From an uncultured Actinomycetes bacterium (GTDB lineage: Bacteria > Actinomycetota > Acidimicrobiia > IMCC26256 > PALSA-610), in contig CAWHHS010000006.1 of NCBI GenBank assembly GCA_963829195.1, positions 798,006 to 862,005 of the forward strand: DNA of 64,000 bases, in the 5' to 3' direction. The notes beneath the pieces are model-generated. The model had not been told where the DNA came from. It worked only from the letters and a program-made list of their open reading frames with translations, and searched no databases. Below are positions 17,192 through 27,165 of the stretch, piece by piece. Within the stretch, counting starts at the first letter, position 1, and each line of letters begins with the position of its first letter. A program made the translations under genes and the position numbers.

Positions 17192-18374
17192 ATGATCGAA
17201 CGGACTTTCGACGGCAGCACGACGGCACGCGACGCACTTCCCGCGGCCGTCGCCGGGTTGATCGACGCGCTCGACCAGATCGACGGCGAGGGCTGGTATC
17301 CCGTCATCGAGGTCGTCCGCCCGTGGTCGGCCCACAACCCGCACATCACCGGCGAGTTCGCGCGGCCCGGCGCCATCCGGAGGTATCTCGAACGCGAGCT
17401 GCGCGCGCTGCTCGAGCTCGGAGCCGCCGTCACCGTGCGCGCCTCGCGCCCGGCGACGGCGATCGACGATCCCGCCTTGCTGCGCGCGCTCGACGAGGTC
17501 GCGTGGGAGATGCGGGCGAAGAAGCTGTTCCTGTTCGCGCCCGAGCGGATGGCGCTCTCGATGGAACGGCTCGAGCACTACTGCGGAACCCCGGCGGAGT
17601 GGTTCCAGCGCTACGTCTTGTTCACGAACTACGCGATGCACGTCGAGGAGTTCCGCCGGCGTTTCCCCGACGCCGAAGGTCCGCAACGACCCGACGTGCA
17701 GATGCCGGCGTGGCATCGGCGAACCGCCGACCAGGACGGCATCACGATCATCGACATCGGGGTCGGGCCGAGCAACGCGAAGACGGTCACCGACCACCTC
17801 GCGGTGTTGCGGCCCGACGCGATGTTGATGATCGGCCACTGCGCCGGGCTGCGGAACCACCAGGACATCGGCGACTACGTCCTGGCCACCGCGTACCTGC
17901 GCGACGACCACATCCTCGACCACGCGCTACCGACCACCATCCCCGTGATCCCGAACCCGCGCCTCAACGGCTACCTGCTCGACGCGCTCGACACGCACGG
18001 CGCCCGCTACCGCATCGGCACCGTGCTCACGACCGCGAACCGCAACTGGGAGCTCGAGATCGAGGCGATGGAGCACACCTTCGAGCAGTCACGCGCGGTC
18101 GCAGTGGACATGGAATCCGCGACGATCGCGACCAACGGCTTCCGCTACCGGATCCCCGAGCGCGACGTTGCTGTGCATCTCCGACAAACCGCTGCACGGC
18201 GCCCCGAAGCTCGCGGCGCAGGCGAAGGCGTTCTACGACGCGAGCCGCCGCCCCCACCTCGAGATCGCGCTCGAGTGCATCGACCGGGTGCGGCGCGAAC
18301 ATCCGGGTGGCATCCCGAACGCCGACATCCGCAGCCCCGGCGAGCCGTTGTTCGGTGCGCCCGCGGTCGAGTGA
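17192..18374 (+). CDS. amn: AMP nucleosidase; one frame break
   Basis: FTNYAMHVEEF..., IIDIGVGPSNAKTVTDHLAVLRPDAMLMIGHCAGL, VDMESATIATNGFRYRIP, then (next frame) TLLCISDKPLHGAPKL. Break near 18155-18170. Confidence 0.7.
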
Positions 18375-18404
18375 GCGGAGCGCTCGCCGCGCGGTGGTCC
18401 TCGG

Positions 18405-19152
18405 TCAGGAGCTCCCGAGGCTGAAGCCGCCGAGCGAGATCTTGTTGCCGCCGCCTTCGGAGTCGTTCGGGAGGTAACGGGCGATCGCGGCCGCGAGGTT
18501 CGCGAGCGGCATCGTCTGCAGGAACACCTTGCCGGGACCGGTCAACTTGGCGAGGAACAACGCGTCCGCACCGAACAACATGTTCTTGATGCCCTTCACG
18601 CGTTCGATCTCGAACGCGACCGAGGCGTCGAACAGCCCGACGTGGCCGGGATGCACCTTCAACACCTCGCCCGCGGGAAGGTCGTACTCGACCACCTCGC
18701 CGTCGAGCTCGATCCACGCCGAACCCGTGCCGGAGACCTTCTGCAGGATGAATCCTTCGCCGCCGAAGAAGCCGGCGCCGAGCTTCTGCTGGAACCCGAT
18801 CTCGAGCGTCACACTCGGCAGCCCGCACAGATAGCCGCCGCGATGCACCATGTACTGGTTCGTACCGTCGAGCTCGATCGGCTTGATGTGCCCGGGAACT
18901 TTCGTGGCGAACGCGACGAGGCCCGGCGCCCCGACCGCGCTGTACTCGGTCATGAAGAGGGTGCCGCCCGAGATCGCACGCTTCACCGCGCCGAACACGC
19001 CCTTCGATCCGGCCGTGCCGCCCGCGGCGGTGTGCAGCTCGGATCGCGCTGGTCATCCAGGAGAGCTCACCGCCCTCGGCGACGACCGACTCTCCGGCCT
19101 GGAGAGTCATCTCGAGGACCGGCATGGTCGTCCCGATGATCTTGTGGTCCAT
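18405..19152 (-). CDS. AIM24/TIGR00266-family protein; one frame break
   Basis: MDHKIIGTTMPVLEMTLQAGESVVAEGGELSWM, then (next frame) FGAVKRAISGGTLFMTEY...FGGEGFILQKVSGTGSAWIELDG...VFLQTMP. Break near 19030. Confidence 0.75.
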
Positions 19153-19280
19153 TGCCCGCCTCCCGCACACGCCCGATGATCGGTTCCCTTATCGGCCATC
19201 CTCCCGCGTCCTCGGAGGATTCCGGTGGACCTGGCGCGCGGCGGAGAACCACGCAACGCGGTCGTCGGGTGCGGAGCGGG

Positions 19281-20081
19281 TCACGGTTTGAGGACGACCG
19301 CAGCCTCCGGCGTCGCGACACGGAACGTGAAGGTCTCCTCGATGTAGAGGTGCACGTTCACGGCGTCGTGGTGGTCGTAGCCGAGCGAGAGATCCTCGCC
19401 CGACTCGAAGAGGAAGTCGCCGCCGCGCAGGCTCAGCACGACCGCGCCCTTGACGCCCGGCGCCCAGACGATCGGGCCCCCGAGGATCTCCCGTAGGTGA
19501 TCGAAGACGATCAGGCCACCGTTCTCGGTCGTCTCCACGACACCGGTGTAACCGTCGGGACCGAGCGCGAGACCGTACGGACCGCTCACTCCCGCGGACA
19601 GCAACGTCTCGACCGCCTTCGCGACGTGCTTCGGGTAGTCGGCGTACTTCTTCCCCGACCCGATCGCAGGCAGCGCGGCCGCATCGGAAATCCCGGCGAT
19701 CCCGGCGGCCTTCCATCCGTGGAACACCGCGACGTTCTCCGCCTCCGCGATGCGGCGCGCCGCGGCGTCGACCGCGCCGAAGTCGAGATCCACCGCGCCG
19801 CGGTCGAGGTCGCGCAACTCGGAACGCGCGACGGTGAAGTCGGCCCGCAGCTCGACGAGCGGGAGCACGCGCCGTTGCGCGGCACGCAGCCCCGGTGCGG
19901 GCGCCTCGACCGGCGCGACGCGCCCGAGATCGACAGCCGAGCGCTCCCAGCCGCCGGGACCGTTGAAGTCGACGAGGCGGCGCGCGGCGAGACCGGGGAG
20001 CAGCCGCTGTTGCACCTCGCGGTCGAGCTCGCGCCAACCCTCGTCGCTGATCGGCGCGTACTCGCGCAGCAGGTGGTTCAT
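19281..20081 (-). CDS. family 1 encapsulin shell protein (linocin M18-like)
   Basis: 266 aa. MNHLLREYAPISDEGWRELD..., VFHGWKAAGI, GPYGLALGPDGY, VWAPGVKGAVVLSLRGGDF, GEDLSLGY. ATGA overlap with the cargo gene stop. Confidence 0.85.
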   Translation of the reverse strand: MNHLLREYAPISDEGWRELDREVQQRLLPGLAARRLVDFNGPGGWERSAVDLGRVAPVEAPAPGLRAAQRRVLPLVELRADFTVARSELRDLDRGAVDLDFGAVDAAARRIAEAENVAVFHGWKAAGIAGISDAAALPAIGSGKKYADYPKHVAKAVETLLSAGVSGPYGLALGPDGYTGVVETTENGGLIVFDHLREILGGPIVWAPGVKGAVVLSLRGGDFLFESGEDLSLGYDHHDAVNVHLYIEETFTFRVATPEAAVVLKP

Positions 20082-20468
20082 CGCCGGTCTCCCTTCAGGC
20101 TGCCGATGCCGAGCGAACCCGCGGTGCCCTCGCGGTCGCCGCCACCTCCCGAGCCGTCGTTCGCCTCCGCCCCGGCTTCGACCTCGAGGACCGAACTCGA
20201 CGTGAACAGGTAGGTGCGGAGGTGGCGATCCAACGCGGGATCGTGGCGGCGCAGCCACTCGAGGGTCATCGCCGCGTGTTCCTTCTCCTCGTCGCGGTTG
20301 TGGGCGAGGATGCGGGCGAGCTCACCGTCGGTCGTCGCGTCGACGCGTTGCGCGTACCAGTCGACGGCTTCGAGCTCCTCCTGTATCGACGCGAGCCGCG
20401 CGATGCCGGTCGACGGTCTCGGTCGTCAGCCGGTCGGCCGGTTCGTGCAGTCCTGCGCTTTGCGCCAT
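20078..20468 (-). CDS. encapsulated ferritin (EncFtn) cargo with C-terminal targeting peptide; one frame break
   Basis: MAQSAGLHEPADRLTTETVDRHRA | LASIQEELEAVDWYAQRVDATTDGELARILAHNRDEEKEHAAMTLEWLRRHDP...GTAGSLGIGSLKGDRR. A single extra nucleotide near 20397. SLGIGSLK is the canonical encapsulin cargo-loading motif. Confidence 0.8.
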
Positions 20469-20471
20469 GTT

Positions 20472-20527
20472 CGGGCTTCCTTCTGTGTCCGGCTTCTGTG
20501 TCCGGCTTCTGTGTGCGGCTTCCGCGT
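20472..20527. repeat. about 4 tandem copies of a 13-bp unit (plus strand CCGGCTTCTGTGT) immediately upstream of the EncFtn start
   Basis: Perfect copies at 20489-20501 and 20502-20514. Diverged copies at 20515-20527 (GCGGCTTCCGCGT) and 20472-20488. Confidence 0.85.
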
Positions 20528-20620
20528 GCCATGCGGTGTGATGCCGAGGCCTGGTTCTCTCTACCCGGATGGAACGTCCGCCCTAACATCGCTGAGAGGT
20601 TGCGACGAGGTGAACACTCG

Positions 20621-21016
20621 ATGGCGCCCACCGGCGCGGCGCCGGCGGCGCCGCGAGACTCACCGTTCATGGAGATCAACCTGTTCCGCAACGCGCGCGA
20701 CGCCGTGGACCTCGAGCCCGGCCAGGTGTTGTTCCACGAGGGCGAGGCGGGCGATTCGATGTTCGCGGTCGCCGAGGGCGAGCTCGAGCTCGCGCACAAG
20801 GGCAAGGTCGTCGACAGGATCGGCCCGGGCGGCATCCTCGGCGAGATGGCACTGATCGACGCGGTTCCCCGCAGCGCCACCGCGACCGCGACCCGTGCGT
20901 CACGCGTGGTGCGGGTCGACCAGGAGCACTTCGCGTACCTCGTGCAGGAGCACCCGACGTTCGCACTCCAGGTCATGACCGTGATGGCCGAACGACTCCG
21001 GCGCGCGAACGGCTGA
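20621..21016 (+). CDS. cyclic-nucleotide-binding domain protein (no DNA-binding domain)
   Basis: VLFHEGEAGDSMFAVAEGELEL...GPGGILGEMALIDAVPRSATATA (cNMP phosphate-binding cassette GEMAL..xPRSAT). 131 aa. Confidence 0.75.
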   Translation: MAPTGAAPAAPRDSPFMEINLFRNARDAVDLEPGQVLFHEGEAGDSMFAVAEGELELAHKGKVVDRIGPGGILGEMALIDAVPRSATATATRASRVVRVDQEHFAYLVQEHPTFALQVMTVMAERLRRANG

Positions 21017-21343
21017 AACACTGTCCGGGCGCCCACGACGTCCCGATACACCGCCGCGGGTAGTCCCGATCACCTGTATGACCGCAGATACAGTTCTGTA
21101 CGCCCATCGGAACGGCAGAGTTGTTGATCGCGCGGGCGGCGCGCACCGTGCACGCCGCAGTCGAGGAACTCGAACGCTGTAGCTCCCACGGTCGGGAGTC
21201 GCTTCCGAGACGCGGCGCATTCGGTCTTGGCTGTTCATCCAACGGTCCATGCCGATTGGGTGGACGGCGCGGGAAACGACCGACGGGGCATGCGGGCCGA
21301 AGCCGGGGATCGAGCGACTCGAGGCGCGCGAACGGCGACCCCG

Positions 21344-23323
21344 TTAGCGCGTACCGCTCAGCTGAGGTAGCCACCATTTCCAGACCACGACGGCGCCTGC
21401 GCTGCTGAGGTGTTGTTCGTCGGGGAGCCAGAGATGCACACCGCCGATGCTCTCGACGCGTCGGCCGTCGGGACACACGAGTGTTCGCCAATGAACGATC
21501 TGGACCTTCGGCATCGAGCGCGCGACTTCCGTATAGATCTGATTGAGCGCCGCGATGCGTCGCGGATCACTGCGTTCCGGGAGTGGGTTCGCGACGTCGC
21601 CGGTTCCGTAGCAGGGAACTTCGAAGAGAGACACGGTCCGCCCATCACTGGTCAGTACGTCGAGCGCCGTGCGCAATGCCGTCCGGTTCAGATCGGTCCA
21701 TGCAGTGGTACCGAAACGGACCACTCCTTCCGATGTCTGCTGATCGAGTAGCTCCCACGCGCCCGTCATGAGCGCCAGATGCGCACGGGGGTCGTTGTGC
21801 ATGGCGGCCTGCCATCGCTCCCGCCAACCGAGGCAGAACTTGGGGTTTGCGATCACCAGACCTTCACTGACGCGGTCGGTCGGGGTGACCGAACACCCGG
21901 CCTGGGCGTCGCCGCCGAGCGTGACGGGGACTTCGTCGGCGTGTTGCACTTGCCCGATCGCGAGCATGTACGCGGTGGAGTCGCCGAAGAGCTCGACGTG
22001 CATTGCGGCGGACGCTGGAAGCCCGGTGGGGACGTTTGGACCTTTGTGAGTGCTCGGCGCGGCGGTCCCGAAGGTTGCCGGAAGATCCGCGATATTGGTC
22101 GGTAGGAGTGGTCGGGGCGCGTCGACAGTCGCGACGAGGACGATCGCGGCGATCGTGAGGGTGCCGTAGTACGCGAAGGCAGCTCGACTCCCGGATCGGC
22201 GAGCCACCCTACCGGTGCGCAGCGGGCGTTCGACCAGACGGAACGACACCTCCGCGAGCACGAGCGACACGACCATCCGGACGGCGAAGAGTGACATTCC
22301 ATCGAAGCCGGACGACGGTGTCAGGAACACTCGTACCGGCCAGTGCCAGAGATAGATCGAATAGGAGCGCAACCCGATCGCGACGAGCCGGCGCACGCGC
22401 AGGCATCTCGAGATCAACGCGTTGGGCGCGGCGACGACGATTGCGACGACAAATGCGCTGAGCAACGCGAACAGGAGGAAGCCACCTCGGTACAAGGCAA
22501 GGGTCCGGAAGTTCGCCGCGCGCATGACGACGAGCATCGCGACCAGCGACGCAGCCGCGATAGGAGGCGCCGCGCGCGCGATCGCTCCGCTGGAGCGGAC
22601 CCAACCGCAGAATGCGGGCCACGTGCGGTCGGACCCCGCAAGGACACCCAACGCGACGCCGACGAGGAGGCCCATGGCGTGCGAGTCGCTGCCGAGGTAG
22701 GCGCGCGACGGGTCACCGCCCGGTGAAACCAGCACTCCCATCCACACAGTCGACGCGGCCGCCGCGAGAAGCGCGATCACCGCGACACGAACCGGATGAC
22801 CACGTACGGCACGCCGGCTCGCGAACATCACGAGTGGGAACACCATGTAGAACTGTTCTTCGACCGCGAGTGTCCACATGTGGAGAAACGGCGACGGTCT
22901 TTCGAGAGTCGCGAAGTAGCTGTTCTTGGTGAAGATCGTCACCCAGTTCTCGCAATAGAACAGCGCGCCGAGCGCCTCCGCGCGAATGTCGTGGACCTCT
23001 GCGCTCGACAGCTTCACGGCGGCAACGCACAACACCACCACGGTGACGGTCGCGAGCGCGGGAAGCAGGCGCCGGGCGCGCCGGGCCCAGAACTCGCCGA
23101 GCGACACCGTGCCCGATCGCCCGATCTCGCGGGTGGCGAGTCGCGCGATCAGGAAGCCCGATACCACGAAGAAGATGTCGACGCCGAGGAAGCCGGCGGG
23201 AAGAACCGACGGTGCGAAGTGGTACACGACGACGGCCGAGACCGCGATTGCGCGCGCGCCGTCGAGACCTCCAACATAGGCATCGGCTCCCGAGACCGGT
23301 GTTCGGGCGAAGTCAGCTCGCAC
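21344..23323 (-). CDS. acyltransferase-3 membrane domain fused to SGNH/GDSL-like domain (OafA-like O-acyltransferase)
   Basis: LDGARAIAVSAVVVYHF plus about 10 TM spans, then VELFGDSTAY... in the C-terminal soluble half. Intact 659-aa ORF. Confidence 0.8.
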   Translation of the reverse strand: MRADFARTPVSGADAYVGGLDGARAIAVSAVVVYHFAPSVLPAGFLGVDIFFVVSGFLIARLATREIGRSGTVSLGEFWARRARRLLPALATVTVVVLCVAAVKLSSAEVHDIRAEALGALFYCENWVTIFTKNSYFATLERPSPFLHMWTLAVEEQFYMVFPLVMFASRRAVRGHPVRVAVIALLAAAASTVWMGVLVSPGGDPSRAYLGSDSHAMGLLVGVALGVLAGSDRTWPAFCGWVRSSGAIARAAPPIAAASLVAMLVVMRAANFRTLALYRGGFLLFALLSAFVVAIVVAAPNALISRCLRVRRLVAIGLRSYSIYLWHWPVRVFLTPSSGFDGMSLFAVRMVVSLVLAEVSFRLVERPLRTGRVARRSGSRAAFAYYGTLTIAAIVLVATVDAPRPLLPTNIADLPATFGTAAPSTHKGPNVPTGLPASAAMHVELFGDSTAYMLAIGQVQHADEVPVTLGGDAQAGCSVTPTDRVSEGLVIANPKFCLGWRERWQAAMHNDPRAHLALMTGAWELLDQQTSEGVVRFGTTAWTDLNRTALRTALDVLTSDGRTVSLFEVPCYGTGDVANPLPERSDPRRIAALNQIYTEVARSMPKVQIVHWRTLVCPDGRRVESIGGVHLWLPDEQHLSSAGAVVVWKWWLPQLSGTR

Positions 23324-23647
23324 GGCGGCCGCGTCGAGGCATCATCTCGTCTCCTTCGCCGGATCGTCGGCCGTCTCGCGACGAAAGGCCGTCAAGATCA
23401 CGATCGACACACCGCGACGCGCTCATGAGCCGGGTTGCTCGTCCGCGCTCATCGCTCCGGCCGGTTCACCCATGGGTGACGGACTGCTCACGTTCGATAC
23501 ACGGTCGGAGTGCAGGCTGACTCCGGGGTTACGGGCGTTCATCGGTGACAGAACTGGTGACGGACGCATTGACGAACGGCCCATCGGGATGCCAATCCTC
23601 AGGCAAGCGGGCCTCAAGGGAGCCCCGTAGGAGGACGAGGAGGATTC

Positions 23648-24385
23648 ATGGTTACCCACGCCTCCATAGGCCGTGTCGTCCGCTCTGGTCTGCGCATTGT
23701 TCTCGCGGCGGTGATCCTCGGCAGCTGCAACATGTGGTACATGGTCGATCCTCATTTCGACGCGGCGACCATCTCGACGGCCCACAAAGACGTCTTCGTT
23801 CTCGCGTACGGCAGTCGATCCGGGACCGTCGAGGTGGCGGCACCCTCGGTGAACACGGGTAGCAACAACCGCGGTGTGTTCTGGCCTGCCGGGCAGACAC
23901 CGACCCGCGACGGAGAATCCTGCGCGCGGTGGAAAGCCGAGGACCACGGCACCGCGGTAGTCGCGAACATCCAAGAGGGCGCGGCCCTGCGCGTCCGCAC
24001 GAACACCAACGGTTCAGTCGACGCGATCACCGTGACCCGCAACGTCTGGTACGACGGATCGTGGATCTTCAACGTAAACATGTGGCACGTCACTGACACG
24101 TTCAACCCGGGCCTCACGACGGTGCTCGGCGCGAACCTGCACGCCGTGTTCGGAACCGATCCAAGACTGCCCTGGGACATGTGCGCCAAGGTCCAAGGAT
24201 CGAAGTTGACCTTCGTCGTGTGGCCATCTGGCCAGACGAGGCCGGAGTACGGCGACGTCACCCACGGCGGAACCGTCAGCCTGCCATCGAGCGAGGTCTA
24301 CGCCGGGCACTTCGGAAACTATGTCGGCCACCTCGCACCAGGCCAGAGCGTCGACTACGACCAGATAAAGATCACCACCAAGTGA
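23648..24385 (+). CDS. hypothetical secreted protein (no family recognised)
   Basis: Strong SD (GGAGGACGAGGAGGA) before ATG 23648. N-terminal hydrophobic span LRIVLAAVILGSC. 245 aa, lower-GC codon usage. Confidence 0.6.
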   Translation: MVTHASIGRVVRSGLRIVLAAVILGSCNMWYMVDPHFDAATISTAHKDVFVLAYGSRSGTVEVAAPSVNTGSNNRGVFWPAGQTPTRDGESCARWKAEDHGTAVVANIQEGAALRVRTNTNGSVDAITVTRNVWYDGSWIFNVNMWHVTDTFNPGLTTVLGANLHAVFGTDPRLPWDMCAKVQGSKLTFVVWPSGQTRPEYGDVTHGGTVSLPSSEVYAGHFGNYVGHLAPGQSVDYDQIKITTK

Positions 24386-24607
24386 AGCTCCGGCGAACCC
24401 GTCAGCGCACAAATCGTTCCCGCTCACAGCCGAACTCCGGCCAACACCGATCGGCAGTTGCGCCCGAGGGTTGATTCCCCATTCGCTTGCGAAGGTCGCG
24501 GCGCGAAGGTCGGCATGCTCGCAGTCGAATCGTGATCTTGACGCGGGCGAGCGCAGAAGATCAGGGCACATCAACGATGTCAACCAAAGTGGGGGCAGAC
24601 CCTTGCG

Positions 24608-25228
24608 TTACGCGAGCGGTGGAATTCCGATCATTTCGCGGAACTCGTCCGTGGTGTTCGTAACAGGAAACGGCTCGGGTGGGACCGGCATCCCGAGTCG
24701 TTCGCAGATCGGTTCCCAACCGTCACCGGGCGTCCATTCGAGCAACCGATCGGCGGGGACGTTGGCGCGCACGTTGTCGTTGTGGCGTACGAACGCGTCC
24801 ATCATCGCGGTCGGGTCGTCGAGGCGGTCACTGAATCGGTCACGTAGCATCTTGCGGACTGCGTCCATCCACGGCGCGACTTCGGGCGGCATGTTGTCGA
24901 ACGTCAAGAAGATCGTGTTGGTGGCGCTGCGGTACCACGCTTCGGGATCGCGGACCGACAACAGCACGAGCGCGTCGGGGTACGCGGCCGAGAGTTCGGG
25001 CCAGAAGGAACCGCCGGGCCAGTCGACAATGGCGCGGTAGCGGGCGAGCATGGCGGGCCAGTCGGCAGGGCGACCTTCGATAGCGTCGATCCACGCTGGA
25101 ATCTGGGAGGGGTCGCCCAGGATTTCGAGCATGTGGTGACAAGGCGCACCCAACAGCTGCTCCAAGGCGATCTTCAGTGAGTGGGTCCCCGTCCGTCCAA
25201 CGCCTGCACCTACCACTGCGAGTTCCAT
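24608..25228 (-). CDS. sulfotransferase-family protein
   Basis: MELAVVGAGVGRTGTHSLKIA (PAPS 5'-phosphosulfate-binding loop-like), ...LLSVRDPEAWYRS (3'-phosphate-binding-like). ATG 25228. Confidence 0.65.
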   Translation of the reverse strand: MELAVVGAGVGRTGTHSLKIALEQLLGAPCHHMLEILGDPSQIPAWIDAIEGRPADWPAMLARYRAIVDWPGGSFWPELSAAYPDALVLLSVRDPEAWYRSATNTIFLTFDNMPPEVAPWMDAVRKMLRDRFSDRLDDPTAMMDAFVRHNDNVRANVPADRLLEWTPGDGWEPICERLGMPVPPEPFPVTNTTDEFREMIGIPPLA

Positions 25229-25431
25229 CGTCGACTCCTTCGTTTGAAGCCGCACGGGAGCCGCGCGACTTGGCCTCGTCCTCTCGTATCGAGACCGCTC
25301 CGACCGTTCACCGGGTACATATCTCGCCCGAAGGCGACAATGGCAGCCCGCGCGCATCACTCGCCGCGTCACCCGTCATCTCCGGCCGCGTCTGGCTAGA
25401 TTCGGTGGCCTTCGGCGTCGGGGGGACGATC

Positions 25432-27097
25432 GTGAGCAATGGTCTGCGGACGCTGGGCGTCGCACTGGTCGCCGGCGGTCTCGCGGCGGCAACCCTCGCG
25501 TCGTGCTCGTCGTCGAGCCCCAAAGCCGCGGCACCGGCGGCGTCGTCGGCACCGACCTCGTCGACCGTCGCGGTACCGGCGCGGTGCGTCCCGCCCGCGC
25601 CGCAGGGCAACGGGTCCGCGGTGCGGGTCGCGGGCACGCCGTACGACTGGGTCCTGACCTCGTTCGACGGCACGAAGATCCGGCTGCACTGGTTTCTCGC
25701 ATCCGGCGCGACCGCGGCGCACCCGCATCCGACGGTGTTGATGGGCCCGGGGTGGGGTGAGTCGGGCGACACCAACACGACGAGCACGGGCCTGTTCGGC
25801 GCGCTGAACGTCGGCTCGCTCATGCAACACGGCTACAACGTGCTGACCTGGGACCCGCGCGGGTTCGGCCAGTCGAGCGGCACGGTCGAGACCGACAGCG
25901 CCGCGTACGAGGGGCGCGACGTCCAGGCGATGCTCGACTGGATCTCGAAGCAACCGGGCGTCGAGCTCGACGCGCCGCGCGACCCGAGGGTCGGGATGAC
26001 GGGCGCCTCCTACGGCGGCGGCATCCAGCTCGTCGTCGCCGCCATCGACTGCCGGGTCGACGCCATCGTCCCGACGATCGCGTGGCACTCGCTCACGACC
26101 AGTCTCTTCAAAGCCGAGACGCCGAAGAACGGATGGGCCGGACTCCTGTTCGCGCTGACGGCCGGTCATTCGGTCGACCCGCACATCATCGACGCGCACC
26201 AGGCGAGCATCACCACGGGTGTCGTGAGCGCGGCCGACCGGGCCTGGTTCGCCGGGCGTGGCCCCGCCGATCTCGTGAGCCGCATCAACGTGCCGACGCT
26301 GATCGTGCAGGGCACCGTCGACACGCTCTTCACGCTCGACGAAGGCATCACGAACTACGGGATCCTGCGTGGCCGCGGTGTGCCCGTCGCGATGATGTGG
26401 TTCTGCGGCGGTCACGGCGTGTGCCTCACGAACCCCGGTGACCTGACGCTGATCACCAAGGCGACGATCGCGTGGCTCGACCGGTACGTGAAGCGCGACA
26501 CGAACGTGGCAACGGGTCCGCGCTTCGAGTTCGTCGATCAGAACGGCGCGAGCTATACCGCTTCCGACTATCCGTTGCCGACGGGTGCGCCGATCACCGC
26601 CGTCGGCGCGGGCGCGCTCCGCCTCGTCGCCGACGGCGGCTCCGGTCCCGCGCACCCCGCCGCGGGCAACAAGGATCCGGTGGCGGGCGTCGCGAGCTCG
26701 ATCACTCCGGCCCGCGGCGACGACCGCGGTCGATCTGACCGTGACCGTCGCGAAGCCCGCAGTCGTCGTCGGTGCACCGCAGCTGACCTTGTCGTACAAG
26801 GGGACCGTCCCGGCCGGTGCACGCCCGACGCGCGTGTTCGCGCAGCTCGTCGACGACGCGACCGGCCTCGTCGTCGGCAACCAGATCACGCCGATCGCGG
26901 TCACGCTCGACGGCGCGGCCCACCAGGTGTCGGTCCCGCTCGAGGACATCGCGTTCACCGCGCACGCGGGCGCGCGCCTGACGCTTCAACTCGTCGCGAC
27001 CACCGTCGCGTACGCGCCGCCGCGCCTCGGTGGCGTCGTCCAGTTCGAGCGGATCGCCCTGTCGCTGCCGGTCGCGTCCGGCCTCACCCCCAAGTAG
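25432..27097 (+). CDS. secreted alpha/beta hydrolase, CocE/NonD (S15 X-Pro dipeptidyl-peptidase)-like lipoprotein; one frame break
   Basis: Lipobox-like LAAATLASCSS. GFGQSSG, nucleophile elbow GASYGG, PTLIVQGTVD. C-terminal beta domain continues in the next frame (AATTAVDLTVTVAKP...QLVATTVAY). Break near 26705. Confidence 0.7.
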
Positions 27098-27165
27098 GCC
27101 GACGCCCGGCTCCGGGCCGCCACTCTTACACTGCCCGCGTGTCCGAACCGCGGCCGACCCGAACG

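Noticed and set aside
20469-20620. IdeR/DtxR iron box upstream of encFtn
   Set aside because: I could not find a TTAGGTTAGGCTAACCTAA-like palindrome. Only the 13-bp direct repeats are present.
21017-21343. Short ORFs (21121-21408 and others) and the CTGTAT-N8-ATACAG hairpin as genes or a terminator
   Set aside because: The ORFs are Arg-rich and motif-free. The 6-bp stem has no U-tract and is too weak to call.
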